From assembly GCA_030699125.1 (NCBI GenBank), contig JAUYKM010000014.1:1-55736 (forward strand): a stretch of 55,736 nt of DNA. The letters run 5' to 3'. Shown one piece after another: positions 29,828 to 38,744 of the stretch (its first letter is position 1; each line of letters opens with the position of its first letter). The notes under the pieces are model-generated. The model was not told the DNA's origin and ran no database searches. It saw only the letters and a program-made list of their open reading frames with translations. Position numbers and translations under genes: made by a program. This DNA comes from Candidatus Daviesbacteria bacterium. Its GTDB lineage: Bacteria > Patescibacteriota > Microgenomatia > Daviesbacterales > UBA10151.

Positions 29828-32143
29828 ATGGCAGTTAAGACAAAAATTGCTCTTTCCAATCCCACCAGATTTAAAAAACTGGCCCAATTTTTGGCCAAAG
29901 CTTTGGAATACAAATATCGATTCCCTACTTCTCCTGATTATCCCAGCTCTGAGGCGGCATACCTAGGTAGGTGGTCCTGGATTAAAACTGAGCAGCAACA
30001 AGGTATTATTCCTTTAGCAAGGCGGGTTTTTAAAGAATACGGAAGGTATTACGCAAATGACAACGAATTTGTTAATCGATTTGTTTTAGGGAGACAAAGA
30101 AGAGATCCTTTATTGGAAAGGGTTATCCAGAATGACAAACCGACAGAGGAACAGGATATGTTGGCCGGGAGAACTGAAGAAGAGGCGCTTAGAAAAGAGC
30201 AACTGGCACCATCCTCCCAAAAACAAGCAGTCGGCACAGCACAAACTACACCAGCCCCTAAGATACAGCTACCTCCCATCCCCCAAGTTATTATCAAAAA
30301 AGAAGCTATCTCTCCCGAACAGCTTTCAGAAACACCCTCGCCTCAAGAGCCACCACCACCCCAGATATCCCCACAGCCTGAAACTTCCCTCCCGCCTGCC
30401 CCGCCTGCCGGAGGATCAGGCCCATCTGCTGCTCCTACTACTCCACCCCTTAGCGCAACATTAGGCATACCGTCCCCCGGATTTCCCAAAATGCCTTCAG
30501 CTGCAGTCGGTTTTGGTAAAGATTTTGCTTCCAATGCCGGTATATTTTTAAAGAAAAATGTCACCAAATATTTAACTTTTGGCAATATGGTCAGCGGAAT
30601 TTTTACTATTATCGGAGCAGTGGCCGGTGGGATCCTAACTCAGGGCCAAGCTTTAGGGGTAGCTGCGGGAGCAGGCGGAGGAGCGATTGGTTCGTCCTAC
30701 TTAAGAAGCCCTGAAGGAAGAAGGTTTTTGGGAAATTTTGGAACCGGCACGATTAATAGAACAGTGAATTTCTCCAGCCAATTTTCCACCCAATCTTTAT
30801 TTAAAGGCCCTCCTAAAAAAGTCTGGATTGGACTTTTGGTAGGTTTTTTAGCTCTGACAGCCCTGGGCGCAGCCTTCCCTTCATTACCAACCGACGAGAA
30901 ACCCTCAGCAGAAACTTTTCCTCGTCCTACAACTTTCACCGGTAGTCAAGCTCCCCAAGCCAGTTCGGATTACTCTACTTTACATAATGATATCTTGACT
31001 AGTTTCAGGATAGATATTGATCAAAACTTTAGCTATGATTATCTAAAATGGGCCTGGGAAAAATTCTGGAATATCAAAGATACTAAATTCTTCACACTTA
31101 TAAATCCTAACAATATAACCATTTCTGTTATCCGGGATGATACCTTAATAAACGCACAAATAGGTTGCAATGCAATAAGGATGAGAGGAAGAAGTGCAGC
31201 AACCGGCCAGCCCTACCCTGAGTCATTATTTAAGGTAGTTCTTGTACACGAACTATCACATATTATTGACAGTTGCAATCCAGACTCTGTTTCACGCAAG
31301 AGCCAGTTGCCTCAAATAATCCGCCAAGAAGGTTATCTAACAAATTATTCGGCGAATGCTTCCAGCTGCGTTGGCTCTAATAATTTAAATGAAGATTACG
31401 CAGAAATGTTTACTTACTATTTGAACTTGAACCCGGAATTCCCCGAACAAAGCCTAGGGATAGGGGCATTGTGTGAACCTACCATATTAACCAATCCCTA
31501 TAAAAGCAACAAGCCATTACACCAGAGCTTGGTACAGGCATTATTGGGTGTATCAGAGCTAGCTTCTTTATTAAAAACTGCCGATAAGTTAAGCTGCCCA
31601 GTAGACGGCGGTCAAATCTCTACCCCCTCTTACCAAGCCAATCCTCAAACCGGACATTGCGGGGAAATTTACACCAGTCAGGGATATATTTGTGATACTG
31701 ACAGCAGAAGAGCCAAATCAGTTGATATTCTAACTGGTGGACCGGCAGGAAAAGAGGTCAAATTACCCACCATCAACGAACAAGTCCTGGAGTGGACCTT
31801 TAACACAAGACCTCAGGACATACTTCATCTTAACCGTTCCGACTGCCTGCCAAATGAAATGATCGAAGGATTTAATTGTGGTGTAGGTATTGCTTTTCAA
31901 GCAACAGATCAAGATGGACAAAGTTGGATTTTACATCTTCTACATATGCACGAACCCAGTATTAAAACACAATTTGGCAAAAAATATTCCTCTGGTGAAG
32001 TAGTTGGCTTTTCCGAGGCAATACATACCCATGTTACTGTAGGAAAAAATATTTCAGGAGATAAAAACTTTGCTATCGCCGGCTCAAGTGATATCCGCTC
32101 TGGTTGGATTCCTGCTGATCTGGAAATGAAGATGTGCATGTAA
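29828..32143 (+). CDS. Membrane protein with Pro-rich linker, HExxH metallopeptidase-like domain and M23-like C-domain
   Basis: VHELSH...EDYAE; SVDI...HLLHM...HTHV. Confidence 0.6.
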   Translation: MAVKTKIALSNPTRFKKLAQFLAKALEYKYRFPTSPDYPSSEAAYLGRWSWIKTEQQQGIIPLARRVFKEYGRYYANDNEFVNRFVLGRQRRDPLLERVIQNDKPTEEQDMLAGRTEEEALRKEQLAPSSQKQAVGTAQTTPAPKIQLPPIPQVIIKKEAISPEQLSETPSPQEPPPPQISPQPETSLPPAPPAGGSGPSAAPTTPPLSATLGIPSPGFPKMPSAAVGFGKDFASNAGIFLKKNVTKYLTFGNMVSGIFTIIGAVAGGILTQGQALGVAAGAGGGAIGSSYLRSPEGRRFLGNFGTGTINRTVNFSSQFSTQSLFKGPPKKVWIGLLVGFLALTALGAAFPSLPTDEKPSAETFPRPTTFTGSQAPQASSDYSTLHNDILTSFRIDIDQNFSYDYLKWAWEKFWNIKDTKFFTLINPNNITISVIRDDTLINAQIGCNAIRMRGRSAATGQPYPESLFKVVLVHELSHIIDSCNPDSVSRKSQLPQIIRQEGYLTNYSANASSCVGSNNLNEDYAEMFTYYLNLNPEFPEQSLGIGALCEPTILTNPYKSNKPLHQSLVQALLGVSELASLLKTADKLSCPVDGGQISTPSYQANPQTGHCGEIYTSQGYICDTDSRRAKSVDILTGGPAGKEVKLPTINEQVLEWTFNTRPQDILHLNRSDCLPNEMIEGFNCGVGIAFQATDQDGQSWILHLLHMHEPSIKTQFGKKYSSGEVVGFSEAIHTHVTVGKNISGDKNFAIAGSSDIRSGWIPADLEMKMCM

Positions 32144-32180
32144 TTTGTAGCTCCCACGCGAAGGTGTTATACTTTTGCTT

Positions 32181-32591
32181 ATGGTAGACAAAAACTTAAT
32201 TCTACAAATTTCTCAAGCCCTAGTAAAAGAGCCGAAAATAAAATTGGCTTATGTGTTAGGCTCTGTGGTTAGTGGTAAATTAAAACTTGATAGCGACTTT
32301 GATTTGGCAATAGTGGTAGATAATAAAGATAAGATTGATTTTAAGTTTGTCTACAGTTTGATATCTCACATCAAATTCCCTAAAAACTTAGATCTTTCAA
32401 TAGTTGATAAGAATTCTTCTCCTCTATTCTTATTTCAAATTGCCAGCACCGGAGAATGCATTTATCGACAGTCAGAAGAGGAAAAAGTGGCTTTTGAAGC
32501 TTTTGTTTTGAAAAATTATTATGACACTGCTCATATGAGAAGCATTTATTATTCTTATTTAAAGGATAAATTCCATCATGCCAATCAGTAA
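32181..32591 (+). CDS. mntA: Minimal nucleotidyltransferase antitoxin (MNT)
   Basis: GS-x10-DFD motif; overlaps the HEPN gene. Confidence 0.85.
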   Translation: MVDKNLILQISQALVKEPKIKLAYVLGSVVSGKLKLDSDFDLAIVVDNKDKIDFKFVYSLISHIKFPKNLDLSIVDKNSSPLFLFQIASTGECIYRQSEEEKVAFEAFVLKNYYDTAHMRSIYYSYLKDKFHHANQ

Positions 32592-33000
32592 ATCATTACT
32601 CTCAAAAAAGTTGGATTTTTTAAATGAGCAAATTCGCAAAATAGAGGATATGGAATTTAGTGAGGAAAACTTTATAGAAAAAGTTGACACGCACGATCTG
32701 GTGGTTTTTCGTATTCAACAGGCTGTTGAAAGTTGTATAGATATCGCAACCCACATCATTGCAGGTATGGACGTCTCTCAAAAAGAAACAGCCAAAGATG
32801 CTTTCCGTTTTTTAGGAGAAAAGGGGATTATTAATCAAGAGTTATCTGCCAGGATGGGACAGGCAGCTGATTTTAGAAACAGAGTGGTTCATGGTTATAA
32901 TGATTTTGACTTTAAATTACTTTTTAAAGATTACAAAGGAGATTTAAAAGATCTTCGTCAATTTGGAACAGCGATTTTAAAATATCTGGAATCTTTATAG
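32578..33000 (+). CDS. hepT: HEPN/DUF86 ribonuclease toxin
   Basis: FRNRVVHGY (Rx4HxY). Confidence 0.88.
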   Translation: MPISKSLLSKKLDFLNEQIRKIEDMEFSEENFIEKVDTHDLVVFRIQQAVESCIDIATHIIAGMDVSQKETAKDAFRFLGEKGIINQELSARMGQAADFRNRVVHGYNDFDFKLLFKDYKGDLKDLRQFGTAILKYLESL

Positions 33001-33010
33001 AATCAGTCAT

Positions 33011-33469
33011 ATGCACAAGTTAAAAATAATAGTCGGACTAATTTTGGGATCACTTTTAACAATTGCCGGACTGATATTTTTAAACCAGACATTAAACAAT
33101 CCGCCTAAAGACTTAACTTCTTCCCTCGCTATACCACAACCTGCTGATAAAAATATTCCAGCCATAGTTTCCACCAAACCCGATCCGCTGGAAGGAGCAA
33201 TTATTACTGCTTCAGAGGAAATTGAGATTAGCTTTAACAAAACCCTGGAAAATGAGGGTGAGTTTAAATTAAGAATTGATCCGGAAATTCCTTTTAAAAT
33301 TCAGCTTTCTTCTGATAGAAAAACTGCCAAAATTATCCCTCAGGTCCCTTACGAGTTAGGCAAAACATATACCTTATTTATCAAATCAGACACTAAGTTT
33401 GATGGAATAGGCCAGTGGGGTCAGGAAAAGATTTTCCATGTTAATACTGTCAGATACCGGGGGATCTAA
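33011..33469 (+). CDS. Membrane-anchored Ig-like (Big_5-type) protein
   Basis: N-terminal TM; STKP...IEISFN...GKTYTL. Confidence 0.65.
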   Translation: MHKLKIIVGLILGSLLTIAGLIFLNQTLNNPPKDLTSSLAIPQPADKNIPAIVSTKPDPLEGAIITASEEIEISFNKTLENEGEFKLRIDPEIPFKIQLSSDRKTAKIIPQVPYELGKTYTLFIKSDTKFDGIGQWGQEKIFHVNTVRYRGI

Positions 33470-33512
33470 CCCTTCGACTCAGTTTACCCTGAGTTTATCG
33501 AAGGGCTCAGGG
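33470..33512. repeat. Nested family C repeat between convergent genes
   Basis: CCCTTCGAC[TCAGTTTACCCTGAGTTTATCGAAGG]GCTCAGGG. Confidence 0.7.
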
Positions 33513-33515
33513 CTT

Positions 33516-34616
33516 TCAGCTTAACCTTACCGGCATGACAATATATTCCAATCCCTCCACACCTACCGGTTTAATCAAGGCAGGTGAAAGAGGTCCGGAA
33601 AACTCAACCATAAGCTGTGTGGCAGGAGCATTAGATATGGCATCATGCAAAAATTTGGAATTAAAGGCAATCTTGACTTCATCACCCTCAACTTGAGCAT
33701 CAATCTCATTTTCCTGACTACCTAACTCCCTAGTAGAAGACTCCAGAACCAAAGACTTTTCTCTGACATTTAAAACCAATACATTAGCCTCGTTTCTGGC
33801 AAAGATGGCGGCAAGCTTAAGGGCTTTTAAAAAATCCCCCTTGTCAATCAACATTCTACTGGTTGTTTCTTTGGGGATGATTTTTTCCCAGGAGGGAAAA
33901 TTACCTTCAATCAATCTGGATGAAACCAAAGTTTGACCTAGGTTAAAGATGATTTGATTCTGATCATCCGAGGCAGCGATTGAAACCTGATCCACCTCTT
34001 CCTCTGAAATGATCCTGACCACTTCCTCGTATGTTCTTTTTGGTATGAGCGATTTAAACTGCTTAACTGCCGTCGGCAGCTTAAGGTGTCTGTGAGCCAA
34101 TCTAAATCCGTCTGTTGCCACCATATCCAAAGCATTATCCTTTACCTCTGTCAGGATTCCTGTCAAAACCGGCCTGCCTTCATCAACTGCCGCCGCAAAC
34201 AGAATCCCAGATGTGGACTGGATGACTTCTTTAGAGAAACTCACCCCGTTCTCTTTGGAGGTGGGTATAACCGGGAATTCCTCCGGGGCAATGCCGTTGA
34301 TTTGGGCTTTCAGCTTACCTGATTGTAATGAAGTGATATTGTTTTGGGACTCTATCTCAATAGTTGTTTGACCTATGTTGGAAACCAGATCCACCAGGGT
34401 TTTAGCAGGAACAGTAGTTTCTCCCTCCTCTAAAACATCGACTGTCAAAAACTTGATTACCCCAATTTCTAAGTTAGTTCCTGCAATCTTTAGTTTCTTA
34501 TTCTGAGCAGAAAGTAAGAGATTATCCAATATAGGCAAGGTCGAGCGGATCCCGACAGATCGGGCAACTGCGGAAATTGCCGGTAGAAGATCTTGTTGTA
34601 ATGCTTTAAATTTCAT
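33516..34616 (-). CDS. dnaN: DNA polymerase III beta clamp
   Basis: GTNLE, RPVLTG, ATDGFRL, IVMPVR. Confidence 0.97.
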   Translation of the reverse strand: MKFKALQQDLLPAISAVARSVGIRSTLPILDNLLLSAQNKKLKIAGTNLEIGVIKFLTVDVLEEGETTVPAKTLVDLVSNIGQTTIEIESQNNITSLQSGKLKAQINGIAPEEFPVIPTSKENGVSFSKEVIQSTSGILFAAAVDEGRPVLTGILTEVKDNALDMVATDGFRLAHRHLKLPTAVKQFKSLIPKRTYEEVVRIISEEEVDQVSIAASDDQNQIIFNLGQTLVSSRLIEGNFPSWEKIIPKETTSRMLIDKGDFLKALKLAAIFARNEANVLVLNVREKSLVLESSTRELGSQENEIDAQVEGDEVKIAFNSKFLHDAISNAPATQLMVEFSGPLSPALIKPVGVEGLEYIVMPVRLS

Positions 34617-35071
34617 GAACCATCTTTCCGGGCAGAAACAAATTTATGAACTTCCTCTTCTGATATCTTAATCAGCCTAAAATTAACTTTACCCTCTATT
34701 ATCAGATTTTTAATGTGTTTTTCCTCATCTGTCAAGATGTGATTTATTCCAGACTTAACTTCTATGAAATCTATTCTGTCTCCATTCTTAATACCGATAA
34801 AATCAATGGGCCAGCCTAAGGGGATAATTCTATCATAATCATATCTAAGCTCTGCATAAGTTAACAACTCAGCCATTTTCCCCTTTTGAGGATTAATTGA
34901 GCCTTGAATAGTTTGTAAAACCCTACTTGGTAAATCTTGTAAACCTCTATATAAATCAATAATGTCTGTAGGAATATCCTGCGGTTTTCTACCATGAAGT
35001 CTTCCTAAAAGATAAGTTATTAAAAAAAGTAAGCTGATTATTCCAACAAAATTCCAGTTAATGTTATCCAC
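34613..35071 (-). CDS. PD-(D/E)XK endonuclease related to archaeal Holliday junction resolvase, with N-terminal TM
   Basis: GKMAE...LGWPIDFIG...FIEVKSG. Confidence 0.75.
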   Translation of the reverse strand: MDNINWNFVGIISLLFLITYLLGRLHGRKPQDIPTDIIDLYRGLQDLPSRVLQTIQGSINPQKGKMAELLTYAELRYDYDRIIPLGWPIDFIGIKNGDRIDFIEVKSGINHILTDEEKHIKNLIIEGKVNFRLIKISEEEVHKFVSARKDGS

Positions 35072-35240
35072 AAGAGGTTAGATTATACTACATAATATTA
35101 ATATAAGTAGTCATAGTAGTATGTGGTGTGGATATGTGTAAAAGCTAATTTTTAAGTTCAGTTTTGGGAGAATTTCGCGTGAGTAAATACCCGGTTTTTG
35201 TGGAAATATATGTGGATAACTATTGAATGGATGTGGATAA
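35064..35240. promoter_or_regulatory. oriC: DnaA-box cluster, DnaA-trios and AT-rich unwinding element downstream of dnaA
   Basis: TTATCCACA 35064; TGTGGATAA 35211 and 35232; near-boxes 35127, 35135, 35199; minus strand reads ATATCCACA-CCACA-TACTACTATGACTAC-TTATATTAATATT. Confidence 0.85.
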
Positions 35241-36548
35241 GTTTTGTTTTACTTCCCCTAAAATCCTTTGAATGTCACGATTCTCCACAATTAGCCTTTT
35301 AATCTTATCCCGTCCGTGCATAACTGTGGTGTGGTCTCTGCCCCCCATGATTTCGCCAATTTTTTCAACTGTTAAATTTAGATCCTCAGACAAAATATGC
35401 ATGGCAAGATGGCGGGGTAAAACTAGCCCCTTGATCCTTCTAGGTCCAATTAAATCCAATTGTTTGATGGAAAAGTATTCGCACACTTTTATTAGAACCT
35501 GTTTTGGCGTTAGATTTTTTAAATCCGTGTCCGCCTTTTTGCCCAGCAGTTTGCTGATATTTTCTGAAGTTGGCTCCATCTTCTTTGTTTTTAAAGCCTG
35601 CAGAATTTGAATAAGTTTTCCTTCCAAATCTCTGGCATTTGTTTCAACTGATGCGGCGATTAGATTAAGCGAGGCCTCATCCAGAAGATATCGTTGCTCA
35701 ATACACTTATTTTTGAGTATCGCCACCCTGGTATCAAAATCAGGAGTCTGCATGTCAACCATCAGCCCACCCTGAAAGCGGCTTTTAAGACGATCTTCCA
35801 ATTTGGCAATTTCATATGGGGGTCTGTCTGAGGTAATGACAATTTGAGAATTTTTAGAGGAAAGCTCGTTGAAGGTGTGGAAAAACTCCTCCTGAGTGCC
35901 TTCCCGTCCGGAGAAGAATTGAACGTCATCAATTAGTAGAATATTGACATTTCTATAACGGGAACGAAAGGCGCCAAATTGTCTGGTTTGCAAAGCCTCA
36001 ACATAGTCATTGGTAAACTTTTCTGAAGAGCAATAATTAACCTTAAACTGTGGGTGCTTTCTCTTGATGGCATTGCCTATGCCCAACATCAGATGAGTTT
36101 TACCAACACCGGTCCCCCCGTAGATAAAAAGTGGGTTATAGGAAGTACCTGGATTTTGAGCAACAGCCTCTGCTGCTGCATAAGCTAAGTTGTTGGTTGG
36201 TCCTACCACAAAGTTTTCCAAAGTGTATTTGGGATTAAGCTGGAAGATAGAAGTTAGTTGGGGTTGAAAAAATGCTTCATCAGGTCCCTCTACCTCAGTG
36301 GGGCTCTCCTTAACAATAAATGAAACTACAACCTTTTTATCCAGTAGTTTAGAGAGAGTTTGCTCAATTAGGTTTTTGTATTTTTGGTCTAAACTTTCTT
36401 TAATAAAAGCTGAGCTGGTGTTTAAGACCACATTATTTGCATCAACGGATTTTAAAAAAGTTTTTAAAAAGTAGGCCTTAAAATTATCAGGTCCTACAAG
36501 CGGTTTAATGATTTGTAAGAATTTATGCCAAAGTCTTAAATTATCCAT
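35220..36548 (-). CDS. dnaA: Chromosomal replication initiator
   Basis: YNPLFIYGGTGVGKTHL, LLIDDVQF, GGRDHTTVMH. Confidence 0.98.
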   Translation of the reverse strand: MDNLRLWHKFLQIIKPLVGPDNFKAYFLKTFLKSVDANNVVLNTSSAFIKESLDQKYKNLIEQTLSKLLDKKVVVSFIVKESPTEVEGPDEAFFQPQLTSIFQLNPKYTLENFVVGPTNNLAYAAAEAVAQNPGTSYNPLFIYGGTGVGKTHLMLGIGNAIKRKHPQFKVNYCSSEKFTNDYVEALQTRQFGAFRSRYRNVNILLIDDVQFFSGREGTQEEFFHTFNELSSKNSQIVITSDRPPYEIAKLEDRLKSRFQGGLMVDMQTPDFDTRVAILKNKCIEQRYLLDEASLNLIAASVETNARDLEGKLIQILQALKTKKMEPTSENISKLLGKKADTDLKNLTPKQVLIKVCEYFSIKQLDLIGPRRIKGLVLPRHLAMHILSEDLNLTVEKIGEIMGGRDHTTVMHGRDKIKRLIVENRDIQRILGEVKQNLSTSIQ

Positions 36549-36578
36549 GGTTCTGAGTATCTTATAAGCAGACAGGAG

Positions 36579-36673
36579 TTATCCACAATTTAATCTTAAT
36601 AAAAGTTTTCCACAATATAGAGAAACTGTTAAAAAGTAGATCAACCACAATTATGTAAACTAATTGTGGTCAA
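36579..36673. promoter_or_regulatory. DnaA boxes in the dnaA-rpmH intergenic region
   Basis: TTATCCACA 36579, TTTTCCACA 36606, degenerate boxes at 36641 and 36665. Confidence 0.75.
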
Positions 36674-36694
36674 GTTATGGTATACTCATAAACT

Positions 36695-36832
36695 ATGCCA
36701 AAGAGAACGTATCAACCTAAAAAGATCAAGAGAGTTAAAAAACACGGCTTTAGAAAAAGAATGAGCACTCGCGATGGAGCGAAGGTTTTGAAAAGAAGAA
36801 GAAAAATTGGTAGAAAAAGGCTGACAGTTTAA
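36695..36832 (+). CDS. rpmH: 50S ribosomal protein L34 (missed by ORF track)
   Basis: [45 protein letters not shown]. Confidence 0.97.
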   Translation: MPKRTYQPKKIKRVKKHGFRKRMSTRDGAKVLKRRRKIGRKRLTV

Positions 36833-37212
36833 TGCTTCCTAAAAGTAATAGATTAAACCTCAAAAAGGATTTTAAGCGGGTTGCCTCAGGCAGAAAACTG
36901 GAATCTAAATACCTGAAGCTTTTTATTAAAGAGGGAGAAAATCATCCGCCAGCCAAGTCAAACTTGGCGCCAGCTGGCGGAGCCAGAATTGGGGTTGCTA
37001 TTTCATCAAAAACTTTTAAAAATGCTACTGACAGAAATAGGGCAAAAAGATTGGTTTTTCAAGCCTTCCAAACCATCATCTCAGGTCTCCCGCCGACTAT
37101 TAATATAGTGGCTCTTCCCAAAATAGGGGTACTTAAGGTAAAATCAGCTGATGTGCTTTCAGATTTGAAGAATGCACTAAAACATGAAAAAAATATTAAT
37201 CTATCTAATTGA
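36832..37212 (+). CDS. rnpA: RNase P protein component
   Basis: [24 protein letters not shown]; synteny. Confidence 0.93.
   Translation: MLPKSNRLNLKKDFKRVASGRKLESKYLKLFIKEGENHPPAKSNLAPAGGARIGVAISSKTFKNATDRNRAKRLVFQAFQTIISGLPPTINIVALPKIGVLKVKSADVLSDLKNALKHEKNINLSN
36945..36981. repeat. Family B palindrome inserted in frame in rnpA
   Basis: TCCGCCAGCCAAGTCAAACTTGGCGCCAGCTGGCGGA (PPAKSNLAPAGG). Confidence 0.85.
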
Positions 37213-37384
37213 TTTTTATCAAAGCTTTCTCTCTTTTGATGGAGGCATTTTGGCCATCTTCGCTCCCGGGGGTGCTTGCAGATATGAAATTAGATGTTCT
37301 GAGTATACAAAACAGATGATAGTGGAACAAGGAGTGCTCAAAGGTTTAATAATGGGTATCAAAAGAATTTGGAGTTGTCGATGA
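37184..37384 (+). CDS. yidD: Membrane protein insertion efficiency factor
   Basis: CRYEIRCSEY...G...KRIWSC; synteny. Confidence 0.88.
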   Translation: MKKILIYLIDFYQSFLSFDGGILAIFAPGGACRYEIRCSEYTKQMIVEQGVLKGLIMGIKRIWSCR

Positions 37385-38217
37385 TTATCATTGATATTTT
37401 TAACACCGTATTTTTAGGACCAGTTATTAATGTATTGGTCATTATATTTCAAGGGCTTCATGCTCTTAATATTCCGGGAGCGCTGGGATTTGCGATTGTG
37501 CTCCTTACCATCACCATCAGACTTTTAGTGTGGCCTTTTATGGGCAGCCAAATTAAAGCCACCAAGAAAATGGCTGATTTAAAGCCACACCTAGATGAGT
37601 TAAAAAGAAAGCACGGATCAGACAAACAGGCCCTGGCTTCTGCTCAGATGGCTTTATATAAAGAACATGGAGTTAACCCAGCTGGCGGATGCCTACCTGC
37701 TTTAATACAGTTGCCAGTGTTTATTGCCCTTTATCAATCCATTATTAATATATTACCGGGGGAAAACGGCAATCTGGAACACATCAATTCTTTGCTTTAT
37801 TTTAAAAAGTTAACACTACCTGAGAATATAGATCCCTACTTTTTGGGCTTAAACTTGGCAGCCAGGCCCTCTGACTTTAGCTCTATAGGAGCCTACCTGC
37901 TATTAATACCTGTTGTTACAGCTGCATTAACTTTTATGCAATCTAAAATGGCTATGCCAAAACCGATAAAGCGCTATCCTTCTGATTCTCCAAAAGAGGA
38001 GAAGGAGAAAGAGAAAATGGAAGATACCATGGGGGCTGTGCAGTCCCAGATGGTCTATTTGATGCCTGTGATGATTGGTTATTTTGCCTTTACCTTTCCC
38101 ATCGGACTTGCAATTTATTGGAATGTCTATACAATATTCGGCATATGCCAGCAATATCAACATACTGGCTGGGGAGGGGCTGCTGATATGGTCAGTAAAA
38201 TTCGAAGCAAAGTTTAA
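37381..38217 (+). CDS. yidC: YidC/Oxa1 insertase
   Basis: LYKEHGVNPAGGCLPALIQLP, GLAIYW. Confidence 0.95.
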   Translation: MIIIDIFNTVFLGPVINVLVIIFQGLHALNIPGALGFAIVLLTITIRLLVWPFMGSQIKATKKMADLKPHLDELKRKHGSDKQALASAQMALYKEHGVNPAGGCLPALIQLPVFIALYQSIINILPGENGNLEHINSLLYFKKLTLPENIDPYFLGLNLAARPSDFSSIGAYLLLIPVVTAALTFMQSKMAMPKPIKRYPSDSPKEEKEKEKMEDTMGAVQSQMVYLMPVMIGYFAFTFPIGLAIYWNVYTIFGICQQYQHTGWGGAADMVSKIRSKV

Positions 38218-38234
38218 AAATAGAAATTAAATTC

Positions 38235-38744
38235 ATGGAACAACAATTATCCGATGTATTAGATAATCTTTTAGGTTTGTTACTCCTGGAGGGTTCCTAT
38301 GAGATTGAGGAGGAAGATGAGGTCATCAATGTGTTGGTAGAAACTCCTGATGCGGCCAGACTAATTGGGGCAAGGGGTGAATCTTTGCAATCTTTGCAAC
38401 TGGTGGTAAATCAGATTATTTCCCAAAAGGTGGGAAGAGAGCAATTTAAAAGGGTGATTATTGATGTGGCCGGTTGGAGAAAACAAAAAGAGGAAGAGCT
38501 TACCCAAAGAAGTCAGGAGTGGGCTAAAGAAGTATTAGAAAGTAAAAAGGATTTGGAACTGGAGCCTATGCCCTCCTGGCAAAGAAGAATTGTGCATATG
38601 GTAGTTTCAGAAACTGAAGGGGTTGAATCTGAAAGTATAGGGGAAGGTCGAGATAGACACATTGTGATAAAGCTCAAAACTCAAAATTCAAAGCGCAAAA
38701 CTGAAAAAAATAAGAATGAAGATGTTGAAGCTTCAGAAACTTGA
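38235..38744 (+). CDS. jag: KH plus R3H RNA-binding protein (short Jag/KhpB)
   Basis: LIGARGESL, RRIVH, SESIGEGRDR. Confidence 0.88.
   Translation: MEQQLSDVLDNLLGLLLLEGSYEIEEEDEVINVLVETPDAARLIGARGESLQSLQLVVNQIISQKVGREQFKRVIIDVAGWRKQKEEELTQRSQEWAKEVLESKKDLELEPMPSWQRRIVHMVVSETEGVESESIGEGRDRHIVIKLKTQNSKRKTEKNKNEDVEASET

Noticed and set aside
37678-37689. CCAGCTGGCGGA in yidC as a family B repeat
   Set aside because: It falls in the conserved NPxGGCLP motif without adding residues, so it is probably coincidental.
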